Shown: piece after piece, positions 36,201-49,062 of the stretch
Numbering within the stretch: position 1 is the first letter of the stretch
How the letters are laid out: the number at the start of each line of letters is the position of its first letter
Assembly: GCF_036971445.1 (NCBI RefSeq)
Contig: NC_091478.1
Span: forward strand, 28,954,001 to 29,018,000
DNA: 64,000 nt
Direction: 5' to 3'
From: Narcine bancroftii
Lineage: Eukaryota
Notes under the pieces: model-generated
Database searches by the model: none
Told to the model about the DNA's origin: nothing
The model's input: only the letters and a program-made list of their open reading frames with translations
Translations under genes and position numbers: made by a program

Positions 36201-36556
36201 CTATAGCGTTGATCGAAGGGTCATTCATGTTGAGTTCAAAGACATTTGAACCTGTCGGGGTCACCAATTGTAGTAGCAGCTACACAGCTCACTGAAGGAT
36301 CGCACAACCAGACGGATTGAGTTCAGTGAGCAAAAACTGATTTATTGCTGGCTGCCTGGCTGGTCTTATACTCCCAGCCCGGACCTGGCTGAGAACCCCA
36401 CTGGGGGGCCCCAATGTCACCGGGATGTCACATGGGTCCCCAAGTGCAGGCTTCCGAGGTCGGGAGGAAATCCCTAACGGTGTCATTTTGACCGGCTGTC
36501 CCGCCGTGTGCGTGACAAGTGGGGCCGGTTCGCCTGCCTAATGGCGTACCGCCACA
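33205..36556 (-). mobile_element. Internally deleted, degenerate Ty3/Gypsy LTR retrotransposon (CsRn1-like) in TAF5 intron 2
   Basis: LTRs 36269-36556 (TG...CA) and about 33205-33478; PBS TGGTGACCCCGAC at 36266-36254; PPT at about 33479-33492; gag KLPDFW..PETWF with CHCC motif; protease LVDTGA; integrase IHVDIVGP and GPY. Confidence 0.92.
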
Positions 36557-37249
36557 AGGGAAGCATTAGAGTTTGAGTCTATAGATTTCCTAAATTAGCA
36601 ACACCGGTAGATGGAGTGGTGAAGAAGGCACTTGGCTTTCACAGGTCAGGGCATAGAATTTAAGTATTAGGGTATTGTGGCTTTACAAATCATTGGTTTA
36701 CTGCAAGGACTATTGTATGGGATTCAGGTCAGCACTCTGGAAAGGATGTTACATTGGACAGATGCAGAGGAGTTGTCTGTAATAGAGAACTTCAGTTATT
36801 GGGGGAAATGGGATAGCTTGGGTTTGTTTTTTTTCTGGAGCAAAGGAGGATGCCAGGTGATCGTAGTATATAAGATTATGAGGGGCATAGTTGTGGTTGA
36901 TGGGTCGTGTTTCTCCTGGTAGAGATGTCAAAATGAGAGGATGCAGGTTTGTGAGAGGATATTTAAAGGAAAAGTAACATTTTTTACCTAAATGTGGTTA
37001 TATCTGTAATGTACTGTTCTAGATGTGGTGGAAGAGTTAAAACCAGTGTATTTAAAATACATTCAGACACTTAAGTAAGCAAGGCAAATGGGATCAGTAT
37101 AGATGGGCAAATGGGCCAGCGTGGACATGTTGGATTAAAGGACCTGTTTCTGGATCCCAGTTCTGATTCTTTACTGGGAGATCTGGACTTTGGTTCCCAT
37201 CTTGAGGTGAGAGGAGCAACTGAAGAAAGAGGAAAGGGAGAATTGGGGC

Positions 37250-38473
37250 CACTTTTTCACTTTGTACGTTAATGATTTGGATTGCGGAAAAGATGGCTTT
37301 GTGGCTAAATTTGCAGATGATACAAAGATAGGTGGAGAGCAGGTAGAGGAAACAGAGAGGCTGCAGAGAGACTTAAGGGATTGGGCAAAGAAGTGGCAAA
37401 TGAAATAAAATGTTGGTAAGTGTATGGTCATGCACTTTGGTAGAAGGAATAAAAGGGCAGACTATTATTTGGATGGGGAGAAGATTCAAAATTTGGAGGT
37501 GCAAAGGGATTTGGGAGTCCTCGTCCAGGATACCCTGAAGGTTTAACTTCCAGGTTGAGTCAGCGGTGAAGGCAGTAAATACAATGTTGGCATTCCTATC
37601 TAAAGGGATAGGACGCAAGAGCAGGGATGTAATATTGAGGCTGTATAAGGCACTGGTGAGGCCTTATTTGGAATATGGCTTTCCGTTTTGAGCTCCTTAT
37701 TTAAGAAAGGACATGCTGGCATTGGAGAGGGTTCAGAGAAGAATCACAAGGATGATTCCTGGAATGAAGGGATTAGCACAATGGTTTTCAAACTTTTTCT
37801 TTCCACTCATGTATCACTTTTAAGTAATCCCTATACCATAGGTGCTCTGTGATTAGTAAGGGATTGCTTAAAGTGGTATGAGTGAGGAAAAAAAAATTGA
37901 GAACCACTGCTCTAGACCCAATTGTTAATGAAATATTGAGAAAAATTGTCATTGGCCCCATTTCCTTTGGAGTTATGAAACTGTCCATGTAACAAGTCAA
38001 TTAGGCATGATTAAAACAACTTTTTCTTTCCATTCACATACCACCCTAAGTAATCCCTTGCTAATCACAGAGCATCTATGGCAAGAGGATTACTTAAAGT
38101 GGTATGTGAGTGGAAAGAAAAAGTTTGAAAAACCACTGGATTAGCATGAGGAAATATTTGATGGCTCTTGAACTGAACTCCTTGGAGTTCAGAAGAATGA
38201 AGGGGAACCGCATAGAAGCATTTTGAATGTTGAAAATCCTGGACAGAGTAGATGTGGCAAAGTTGTTTCCCCACTGTAGGGGAGTCCAGGACAGGAGGGC
38301 ACAACTTTAGGATTGAAGGGGGCCTATTTAAAACGTACATGCAGAGGAATTTCTTTAGCCAGAGAGTGATGAACCTCTTAAATTTGCTGTCACGGGCAGC
38401 TGTAGAGGCCAGTTCATTGGCTATATTTAAGCAGATTGATACGTATTTGAATAGTCAGGGTATCAAAGGTTAT
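37250..38473 (+). mobile_element. CR1-type LINE 3' portion with a nested hAT MITE; its 3' end is expanded into the 27-bp array
   Basis: KFADDTKIGG remnant; ESRTGGHNFRIEG...FFSQRVMNL ORF. Confidence 0.85.
37779..38138. mobile_element. hAT (Charlie-like) composite MITE
   Basis: TIR caatggttttcaaac / gtttgaaaaaccactg; perfect 8-bp TSD GATTAGCA. Confidence 0.85.
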
Positions 38474-39561
38474 GGGGAGAAGGCAGGGGAGTGGGCTGAG
38501 GGGGAGAAGGCAGGGGAGTGGGCTGAGGGGGAGAAGGCAGGGGAGTGGGCTGAGGGGGAGAAGGCAGGGGAGTGGGCTGAGGGGGAGAAGGCAGGGGAGT
38601 GGGCTGAGGGGGAGAAGGCAGGGGAGTGGGCTGAGGGGGAGAAGGCAGGGGAGTGGGCTGAGGGGGAGAAGGCAGGGGAGTGGGCTGAGGGGGAGAAGGC
38701 AGGGGAGTGGGCTGAGGGGGAGAAGGCAGGGGAGTGGGCTGAGGGGGAGAAGGCAGGGGAGTGGGCTGAGGGGGAGAAGGCAGGGGAGTGGGCTGAGGGG
38801 GAGAAGGCAGGGGAGTGGGCTGAGGGGGAGAAGGCAGGGGAGTGGGCTGAGGGGGGGAAGGCAGGGGAGTGGGCTGAGGGGGAGAAGGCAGGGGAGTGGG
38901 CTGAGGGGGAGAAGGCAGGGGAGTGGGCTGAGGGGGAGAAGGCAGGGGAGTGGGCTGAGGGGGAGAAGGCAGGGGAGTGGGCTGAGGGGGAGAAGGCAGG
39001 GGAGTGGGCTGAGGGGGAGAAGGCAGGGGAGTGGGCTGAGGGGGAGAAGGCAGGGGAGTGGGCTGAGGGGGAGAAGGCAGGGGAGTGGGCTGAGGGGGAG
39101 AAGGCAGGGGAGTGGGCTGAGGGGGAGAAGGCAGGGGAGTGGGCTGAGGGGGAGAAGGCAGGGGAGTGGGCTGAGGGGGAGAAGGCAGGGGAGTGGGCTG
39201 AGGGGGAGAAGGCAGGGGAGTGGGCTGAGGGGGAGAAGGCAGGGGAGTGGGCTGAGGGGGAGAAGGCAGGGGAGTGGGCTGAGGGGGAGAAGGCAGGGGA
39301 GTGGGCTGAGGGGGAGAAGGCAGGGGAGTGGGCTGAGGGGGAGAAGGCAGGGGAGTGGGCTGAGGGGGAGAAGGCAGGGGAGTGGGCTGAGGGGGAGAAG
39401 GCAGGGGAGTGGGCTGAGGGGGAGAAGGCAGGGGAGTGGGCTGAGGGGGAGAAGGCAGGGGAGTGGGCTGAGGGGGAGAAGGCAGGGGAGTGGGCTGAGG
39501 GGGAGAAGGCAGGGGAGTGGGCTGAGGGGGAGAAGGCAGGGGAGTGGGCTGAGGGGGAGAA
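38474..39561. repeat. 27-bp G-rich tandem array, about 40 copies
   Basis: Unit gggggagaaggcaggggagtgggctga, nearly invariant. Confidence 0.98.
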
Positions 39562-40251
39562 TGGATCAGTTCATGATGGAATTGTGGGGTGGACTTGACA
39601 GACCAGATGGCCTACTTCTCATTATCTTATGGAAGTGGGCAACACTCCCTGATACCAGCCTCATGTTTCCAACCCATTAATTTGAATAGCATGTTGCAGT
39701 TTACATTTTTAAATTTTTGTGAAAATTTTTAATTACAAAAAATTTGACATACAGCACGGTTACAGGCCCTTTCGCCCCACGAGCCCATGTGGCCCAATTA
39801 CACCCAATTAACCTACAACCCTGATACATTTTTGAATGGTGGGAGGGAACCTGAGCCCCCGGCGAAACCCACATTAAACTCCTTGCAGATAGTGCTGTTA
39901 TAGCACCACTGGTGCTATGTTAACCGTACAGCCCTTTGTGCTGAACTTTGCTGTTAAATTGCCATTTCTCTGCTGTGATGATCTCTCACCTGCTGATTTT
40001 TTCCAAAAGTTTGTGTTTTTAATTTGCTGTGAAGAGTCGTATATTTTGATGGCATCATGTAGAGAAGGATTTGAATCAGATGTACAGCAAGTAAGATATT
40101 CACTGCATCTGTAAAAATTACCTAAGTAATTTACCTCATTTATTAATTAATTCATTCTTCTGTTGAATTGCTCGTGTGAAGACTCACAGGCTAAGGGCTG
40201 TCATGGGTTGGGAACAGGGTCTGGACTCTGCTAATGTCTCAATCTTGACAG

Positions 40252-40415
40252 GTATACTTTGGGCTGCTGAAGGAACCTGAGATTGAGCTGCCTCTTGATG
40301 ATGAAGATGAGGAAGGAGAAAACGAGGAAGGGAAACCAAAGAAGAAAAAGCCAAAAAAGGACAGTTTGGGTGCAAAGAGCAAGAAGCAGGACCCCAACGC
40401 CCCTCCACAGAACAG
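40252..40415 (+). CDS. TAF5: TAF5 exon 3 (VYFGLLKEPEIELPLDDEDEEG...QDPNAPPQNR)
   Basis: gacag acceptor and gtcaga donor; 164 nt. Confidence 0.95.
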
Positions 40416-42474
40416 GTCAGATGGTTACAATCCTGTTGCACCTCGGGATAAGGTCTGAGATGGGGCTGTTAAAATAATTTAGTGACTTTTTAAAGTGATT
40501 AGTCAGAGAAGGTATTTTAAACATCAATGGTGATCATTGAGAAAGGATGGTCTTTAATTCCTGAGGCTCTACTCGCAATAAAACTTCTCCTACACTGCCT
40601 CATCACTCACTCCAGGGACAGACAATACTGGTTGGGTACATTCTACTCTTGAGTCATCTCTCACTCCAGGGGAGAGGTTGTACTGGCTGGGTACACTCTA
40701 CATTGCCTCATCACTCACTCTAGGGGACAGACAGTACACTCTACACTCTCCCATCAAATACAGTTGGTGCTGGCTAATAGTGTGTCATTTTCATATTTAA
40801 GCATCACATTTCTATGTCTAAAACCAGTACCTATTCTATGCAGTTACCCAATGAGAGGAGCAGTTTTATATGACAAATTGGGCCCAATGAAAACCAGTAG
40901 TTACAGAACAATGAGATATGGCCTTTAATCTAGTGTCATTAATGTCAATAGTGGCCAGTACACTCACTTGACATAAATATGATTGTCTAGTTTCACCTCT
41001 GTGCGGTTACCCAGCCCCACCTCAGCTCATTTCATCTGCTGAACCCATGGTGAATGACTGTTACCTCAGGGCTCAATGATTCCAGTGTACTTTGGAGCAG
41101 CCTGCTTTGTTCTACTCCTTGACCATCCAAAAACTCCCCTGTCCATGTTCTGACATACTGCCCTGATTATGAACAATCCTTATGGACACTGACTCCCCTT
41201 TGTGAGCACAGATATCTGCATCTACTCTCCCTGCCTCCTATTCCTTTTTTCTAGTTATTTTGTCTTCCGACCTGCTTCCCCTGAAATGTCCTCCTCCTTC
41301 CTGAAACATGGCTGTCTCTCTGCCATGGTGGATGGGACTCCCATCAGCATTTCCTCTGTTTCTTGCATGTCTGCTGTCACCTGGGGGACAGAGCAATGCC
41401 AGAGTTGCCTTGGCATTCACCTTCCACTCCATCAGATTATCATGTGCCATTTCCGGCAACTCCAACATGATCCCACCTCCTGTCACCTCCTCTTCTAAAT
41501 TTCAAGGGGATCAATCACTTAGTGACTCCCTGATCCACCCTCCTACCCCCATTCACCCATCACCGACCCAAGGCACCCTCCACCACACAAAAATGTAACA
41601 CCTGCCCACTCACTTTATCCCTCCCCACCATCCAGGGTCCAAACCATCAATCACTTGCACCTCTCCCTTCAAGTGTCCTGCATTCAGTGTTTGCAATGTG
41701 GTCTTCTGTCCATTTGAAGAGCTTCCATCTGTGCTCATATTCTTTATCAGATTAATCTATCCCCATCGTCTTTTGCCTGACATCTCACTCCTCCCTCAGG
41801 TCAGTTTCGACAACTGTAAACCCCCACCTCCAGTTCTGAGCAAGAGTTACCAACTGGTTTCTCTTCCCACAGATGCTGTTTGAATGGCTGAGTTCTTCAT
41901 TTTGGTTTTTGGTGGTAATTTTACTGGCTGCATTCATTCCTTTTTCAGCTCCATTCACGACTGATCTCCTCTGTCTGTAACCTTCAGCCCCAAAGCCCTC
42001 TGATAGTTTTATCCCATTCTACTATCATGTTCATCCTCAATTCATTTGCTTCACTGGTGGCAGCTTTGACTTCATGTGCTAAGCCCTCATCACTGGAATT
42101 CTGCATCTAAATCTCACAACCTCTCCCTTATGTAATGTTGGCCAAGCTTTGGGATATTTCCACCTGCCCCCCTTGTCAATATTTTTGTGCAATAGCATTC
42201 CTGTAATGTGCCTTGAAAAGCCTCTGTCGTCGCACTGATGCTATACAAAGGCAAATTATTGTTGCTGCCACTAAGTTCTCTCAAAATTAATTTATTTTTC
42301 AGTCAAGATGTTTAAAATAATGGCCTGATTTTTAATATGGTTTATAACTTATTGTTGCAACTGCCTTATATATTTCCTGCATTACTTTTCAAAACTATAA
42401 CAAGCAGCTGTTACACATCTCAAGAAGTCCTGAGGTATGTAATATAAAATTTTCTACTTTCTTTCCCAATCAAG

Positions 42475-42610
42475 AATTCCTCTTCCAGAGCTGAAAGATT
42501 CTGACAAGCTGGACAAGATCATGATAATGAAGGAAGCGACAAAGCGGGTAAAGCTTGGTCCAGACTGTTTGCCTTCCATCTGCTTTTACACCTTCCTCAA
42601 TGCCTATCAG
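42475..42610 (+). CDS. TAF5: TAF5 exon 4 (IPLPELKDSDKLDKI...LPSICFYTFLNAYQ)
   Basis: tcaag acceptor and gttagt donor; 136 nt. Confidence 0.95.
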
Positions 42611-43742
42611 GTTAGTAAATTACCTCACCTCTGGTCACTCCTACCCCTGTCTTTGGAAACTCGCTGATGTGTCACAATGTATTGGAAAGTGTGTCATGTA
42701 AAATCCTGTTGGTTAGATATGCAAGGGAATAATCTCCTGGGAAAGGGATTTTGTGTCTGTGGTGGAATGAGAGCTGTGTGTAGGTTAGCATTGGCAAGAA
42801 CTTTCTGCACTCACTACCTGTGGTTTATGGCATTTCTGTTTCTTAAATAAAACCTGATCATTGGTAAATGACAATGTTATGAGAAAGCATCTACTCTTTG
42901 TACATGTGCTTTAGTAAAAGTAAAATGAAACGAGAGGTAAACAAATAATGGGAACACAAAAGTGCAGGGGGAACCCAGCAGGTCACACAGCATCCATAGG
43001 AGGCAAAGATATATAACCAATGTTTTAGGCCTGAAATGTTTCTTGTCAAAGTATGAGTAAAAAAGCAGGGAGGCACCTGAATAAAAAGGTGGGGAGAGCA
43101 GTGAAAAAGGGGCAGGAGCACAGACCAACAACCAAGAGGTCATAGGTGGACAAGGATCGGAGGGCAGGAGATGACAGCTAAGGGGGGAGAGGGGAAATTC
43201 TATGAATGCAGAGCTGGCGGAAAGGAGACAGAGGGATAGGGAAGGGGAGAGGGAGAGAGACAAGGGGTGGGGAGGTGGAGGAAAGGAGAGAGAGATAGGG
43301 AAGGGGAGAAGGAGAGAGACAAGGGGTGGGGCGGTGGAGGAAAGGAGAGAGGGATAGGGAAGGGGAGAGAGAAAGAGACAAGGGTGGGGAGGTGGAGGAA
43401 AGGAGACATAGGAGAGTTGATTAGTGTGAATGGGTGGTTGATGGGCCAATGGACCTCTTGCTGCGTGATTCCATGACACAGTATTGAATTTAAATTCAGC
43501 CACTGAATCTGTACAAGGCCTTGGTTTCAATAAGTATTCTATTTTGATTCATTCTCCCAAATACCTGGCTGGTGTATGAACTTGGAACAAACCTTCAGAG
43601 GACAGGCATTTTGGCAGAGGATGTTTGCGTTGAATAGTATACCAGATTAAACTAAAATGTCTCCATGTGATAGGGGTCCCTCACGTGATTACCTAATAAC
43701 CTCTGGAATGTTACTGACTGCTGCAGTTCTGTTCTGGTCCAG

Positions 43743-43863
43743 GGTCTCACTGCAGTCGATTTCACAGATGATTCCAGTCTGATAGCAGGCGGGTTTGCTG
43801 ATTCCACCGTGAGAGTGTGGAGCGTCACTCCGAAGAAGCTGCGGAGTGTCAAAGGGGCCACGG
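43743..43863 (+). CDS. TAF5: TAF5 exon 5 (GLTAVDFTDDSSLIAGGFADSTVRVWS...), WD40
   Basis: gtccag acceptor and gtaaac donor; 121 nt. Confidence 0.95.
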
Positions 43864-44789
43864 GTAAACCATCCAATTCTAGAGTCTAGTCTTTGGCAAC
43901 ATGGAATGGCAAAAGGAATGTCCCATTTTGGGCTGAGGCTACAGCGGTGGCAGATCTGACAGGGAGAACTGCAAAATTGTGGGATCTGGGGTGGGGATGG
44001 CAAGTGGGGGATTTGACAGGGGGGCTGCAGGGGTGGCTGCTGAGGTGGGGGAAACTGACGGGGAGGGGCTGCATGTGGGGGATCTGATTGGGGGGGGGGT
44101 TGCAATTGTGGAGGATTTTACAGAGCCTGCACCAGCTCAGATCCCCCACCCCTGTCAGATCCTGCAGCACTCCCTATCAGGATCTCTTCATAAGTGTTTT
44201 TATGGTTCAGAGGAAACCTCCCACTGTTCTTTGAGTATAAGTATCTGTGTCTGACCAGATATGACAACCGACTGTGAAATAATAGTACCTACTGATCTGA
44301 GGTTCTGTGTCTGTTTCCTGAGCCACAAACTAATGTTCATTACAACTCCCTTGCACCAATTCACAGGTGTTCTGTTCCCCACGTCCCTCAAATCCATTCA
44401 TTCTCTGATCCCTGCCCTGCCACTTCCAACTCTCAAGTTCACTGCAAGATTGTCAGTATAGTCTAGTGATGTCATTTTGCAAAAGTCACCTCTTTTTCTT
44501 GAGTTTGACCAAGAATTATTATTCTAAGTGAGATTCTGCATGTAGATTCTTGAGTAAAACCTCCTTTGCTACATCAATAGCTTCATGGAACTTTGTTTTC
44601 TCAGTGCAGAGTTTGAAATTGGAGGTTTAAATGCAGTGGTGGACATTCCATGTCTGGGAGTTACTGAGCTTGTCAATTTTGAAGGGCGTGTGTGGAATGA
44701 GTGAAGGTCAGGGGAGGAGGAAATGTGTTGGCTCTTAGTCTCTGCCTGAGTGCAGGCAGCAGTCTCACTGCACACTCCCTCTCTTGCAG

Positions 44790-44919
44790 ACCTCAGTTTA
44801 ATTGACAAAGAATCAGAAGATGTGCTGGAGAGAATAATGGATGAGAAGTCTGCCTGTGAGTTTAAGATGTTACTGGGGCATGGTGGCCCTGTGTATGGAA
44901 CCAGCTTCAGCCCCGACAG
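44790..44919 (+). CDS. TAF5: TAF5 exon 6 (DLSLIDKESEDVLERIMDEK...GPVYGTSFSPDR)
   Basis: ttgcag acceptor and gtaggg donor; 130 nt. Confidence 0.95.
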
Positions 44920-45714
44920 GTAGGGAGATGGCGGAAATTATCACATGGAACCTTGAATTTTTGTGCTGTATAAATATAGTCCAGACATGCGATAGAATTG
45001 CATACTGTATACCGAAACTCATCCAACTACTTTGCTCTCTCCCCACAGCCCTGTATCAGTCCCAACTAATCGCGCTGCCCCTTGCTCTCCCTACAGCCCC
45101 ATGTCAGTCCCAACATTGATCCCACTGCCCTGCTCTCTCCCCACAGCTCTGTTGGTCCCCATACTGATCCATCCCACTGCCCCACTCGTTCCCCACTGCC
45201 CTGTGTTGGTGCCCACACTTCTTACAAATAAAAGATTTACAGGTACACTACAGTAACCTATTAGCTTTGCTAAATATATAATATGGTGTTTGCACAATGT
45301 CCACCTTGTGCAACACCCAATTTCACAGAACTTATCATGGACATTAAGCGGTGCATACCTGTATATGGTGGGGAAGGGATGCTAAGAAAGTTTAAAGAAG
45401 ATGTGAGGAGCAAATATTTTATGCAGAGTGGTGGGTGCCTGGAACGGGTTTCCAGTAGTGGGGGAAACAGATATATTAATAATGTTTGAGGTTTCTAGAT
45501 AGGCACATGAATATGTATATGGTAGATGAATAGAAGGATATGGATCATGTGCAGGCAGCAGAGTTTTAGTTTAATTTGGACATCATGTTCAGCGCAGACA
45601 TGGGTGTTGCACTTCTGTGAGAATGAGGTTGGGTTGATTTATGAATGAGGCAGAAGCTGTCAGCAGGTTGGTGACACAGTTGGCATGTGTTTGATGTTTA
45701 CCCTCTCTCTTCAG

Positions 45715-45879
45715 GAATTATCTCCTGTCCAGTTCAGAAGATGGGACGGTGAGGCTGTGGAGTCTGCAAACCTTCACCTGCCTTGTGGGTTACAAAGGAC
45801 ACAACTATCCAGTGTGGGATACACAGTTCTCTCCATATGGCTATTACTTCATTTCAGGGGGCCACGATCGTGTGGCACG
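45715..45879 (+). CDS. TAF5: TAF5 exon 7 (NYLLSSSEDGTVRLWSLQ...GGHDRVAR), WD40
   Basis: cttcag acceptor and gtgagt donor; 165 nt. Confidence 0.96.
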
Positions 45880-46815
45880 GTGAGTGTGTTGGAATCACAG
45901 CTACCTGGCACGCTCGTCATAGAGCTAAAGCATGAAGCAGGCCATTTGGCACATCAAATCCCTGCCAACCAATGCATACCCATCTGTATTAGTCCCATCT
46001 TCCAGGATGGCCCATAGCCCTCCATGTCCAGATGATTTAAGCGCTCTTCTAAACGGGTGTCAGTGAGCCACCTCCCCCTCTCTCAGGCAGTGTGTTCCAG
46101 CATCTACAGTTCTTGTGCTTCCCAGTTTACTCCATTGCGAATTCTGGTCAAGGAATGCCTACTCTGAAGAACCTTTCCTCCTTCCTCCAATGGGAGTTCT
46201 GTGAGGATCCCTGCCTCTCCCCTCTCCCACCTTCATTTGTATAGTGTTCTATCTCCTTATGGTTCCTCCACACCCTTCTCCCCCTTCGTGGTTCTTCCAC
46301 ACCCACCTTGTTTTTTGTTTCCTATCTCTCCTCCTTAATTCAGTCTTAATAAATTGTCCCAACTCAAAACATTGAGCATTTCTCTCCTTGGAAGCTGCCT
46401 GACCTGCTGATCCCTCCACCAGCTCACTGTTTGTGCAGTGTATTCCAGGTACTCTGTGTGGAAACAATCCCCACTAAATCTCTTGTGCCTCTCTCTGAAT
46501 CTGTGGTCTCTAGTTTTATTGACCCTTGATATGGGAGAGATTTCCTGTAGGCGATCCTATCAACAGGACACACAATTACCTCGTGAGCCCTTGTAACCTT
46601 CACACCACGGAAAGCAGGTCCAGCTTCTCCTCATAGCTAAATTGATCATGGTGACCTGAGTAGTGCATTCATGTGTGTTATCATGGTGGTCTGGTACAGT
46701 GAATGTGTAATCACGGTGACCTATACAGTGAATGTGAGGGTTCTGGTAAAAGAATTCACGTGATGTAGGGTAGGGGTACCAGGATCCAACCCAGTTATGA
46801 GAAGGTTAGGTGATA

Positions 46816-47014
46816 CAGGTATATCCTGCTTTACGAAGTTCTGAGAATCTGTTTGTAAACCAAAAATTTGTAAAGCAAAGACCCATTAACTACTGTTGAA
46901 GGCAATTTTCATAAGAGCGAAAACCCATTATAATTTGTATGTAAAAGCGAACACTGCTTTCTTCGTAAAAGTGAATTTTCATAATTTTAGTATTTGTAAA
47001 GCAGTGTATACCTG
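46816..47014. mobile_element. Tc1/mariner (Tigger-like) MITE
   Basis: TA TSD; TIR CAGGTATATCCTGCTTTAC / GTAAAGCAGTGTATACCTG. Confidence 0.75.
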
Positions 47015-48626
47015 TATTTGCAAGTGGTTCCCCTCACCAGTTCTCGTGGATAGAAGTACCATTGAAATATCAACACTTTTTATCCAACAGCTATCAGGCT
47101 CTTGAACCTCCCTATACTATTCTAACCTTGACCATAAACTACTGCACCTGTGCTACTGATAAGTCACCTTTTTTGCCCTACCTTCAACTATCTATCATTT
47201 TATATTTATGTTCTATTTTTCAGTCTTGACTTATTGTGGCCATTTCATTTATGTTAAACTGCAAGTGCTGGATGAATGGGAACTGTTGGAAACATATCTG
47301 TGGAGAGATAGACAGTTAATGTTTCAGGTCACGTTCAAGTTCAGTGCTTCAGCTGACAAAGAATCTTTGATGTGAATGTTGGTTTTATTTCTCTCACAGA
47401 TGCTGACCATTTCTAACAAGATTCTTTTTCCCCTGATGTGTTCTGTGACCTGAATACTGGGATTTGATCTCGTTTCTGGATCAATGTGCCCAGATAAGCA
47501 CCAATCCAGTAACAAATCATGTTCTACACAACCCTGTAACCTACCAATGCTGGAAACATGAAGCACATTTGAGGACAAAGAAACAGAGTTAATGTTTCAG
47601 AATGAAGGCACTTTATCAGAACCAGGAGGAACCTGGCAGGTCGAGCTGCATCAGTGAGAGAAAAGGAACGATTGATGGTTTGGCTGGTACTCATCATCAT
47701 CAGACCCAAAATGCTAGCCAATCTTTTTCTCCTTTGGATGCTGCTCGACCCATTGAGTTCCTCCATCAGTGTTGCTCCAGATTCCAGCGTCTGCTGTCTC
47801 CTGGGTGTCTAGATAGAAAACAAGTTAGTTCTGAGTTGAGGGTAAGGAAGCATGGATGACACAAAGGTTATCTATGATAGGCTGAGATCGTTAGTTTGTC
47901 TCGTATATTGATGATGTGAACGTTTTCCCACGCTCACCTCACGGGGAATGTCGTCCAGGTCTCACAGCATACAGGAGTGGAGTGCTATGCTTTTTGCAGA
48001 CTTGTCAATGGAGCTATATCTCTGCCTGGTCACTGGTTCTTTTGCTGTTAGCCCCGCAATGAATGCTAACTGTAATTTTGCTCTCACTTTCAGCTGGCAA
48101 AAGCCTGTGCTCTGGAGTCTGCTCTGACTTGAGACCATGTAACACCCATCCCTATGACCAAGCTTTTGATCATCAGCCCTGATATTTCCTTGTAGATCCA
48201 TGCCCAAATGTATTTGTAATATTCTTGTAAAGCACCTGGCAAACATGTAACATGCAGTTGGATAGCCCAAATTGTCACATTCCCTCTAATCTTGCCTTTC
48301 CATGGACCTTTTGAAATGTCTTTTAAATGTTCCAATTGCCCCCATCTTTGCCATTGCCACTTCCTCTGGCAGCTTGTCCCATATACCCACCACCCTCTGA
48401 GTGAAGGATCCCCTCATGTCCCTTTAAATCCTTCTCTTCTCACCTTAAAACCAATGCCCTCTAGTTTTACACCCCTACCCTTGGAAAAGGTTGTGACCAA
48501 TCAATGTTTTTGGGATTTCATAAACTTCCATATGAAGGGTTCAACATAAATGCAAATTGCTGGCACCTGTCAATCACGATACATGTACTGAACCTGATTA
48601 ACCCGTTTGGGATGTTCAATCTCCAG

Positions 48627-48804
48627 ACTCTGGGTGACAGATCACTATCAGCCTTTGCGGATATTCTCTGGTCATCTCTCTGATGTTACCTGCACGAGGT
48701 TTCACCCCAACTCCAATTATGTGGTCACTGGATCAGCAGACAGGACCATCCGGCTATGGGATGTTCTGAATGGTAACTGCGTCCGAATCCTGACTGGACA
48801 CAAG
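48627..48804 (+). CDS. TAF5: TAF5 exon 8 (LWVTDHYQPLRIFSGHLSDV...ILTGHK), WD40
   Basis: ctccag acceptor and gtaggc donor; 178 nt. Confidence 0.96.
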
Positions 48805-48884
48805 GTAGGCAGCACAGTGTGGGTGGTTGGTGGGGCTCCTGGCTGTGACTAGCATCATTAATGACCTCTCGTCCTTCCTCCTAG

Positions 48885-49062
48885 GGGCCCATCCATTCGC
48901 TGGTGTTTTCTCCAAATGGCAGATACCTGGCATCGGGTGCCACAGATGGACGGGTGCTGCTGTGGGACATCGGGCATGGGCTGTTGGTGGGCGAGCTGAA
49001 GGGTCACACTGACACCATCTATGCACTGCGGTTCAGCCGAGACGGCGAGATTTTGGCCTCAG
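48885..49062 (+). CDS. TAF5: TAF5 exon 9 (GPIHSLVFSPNGRYLASGATDG...DGEILASG), WD40
   Basis: cctag acceptor after an 80-nt intron and gttaga donor; 178 nt. Confidence 0.96.

Noticed and set aside
38252-39680. 448-aa and 402-aa repetitive ORFs
   Set aside because: By-products of a stop-free 27-bp array fused to a CR1 remnant; no gene context
42877-43530. 217-aa hydrophobic ORF on the minus strand
   Set aside because: Comes from a purine-rich tandem repeat inside a Penelope-like terminal repeat
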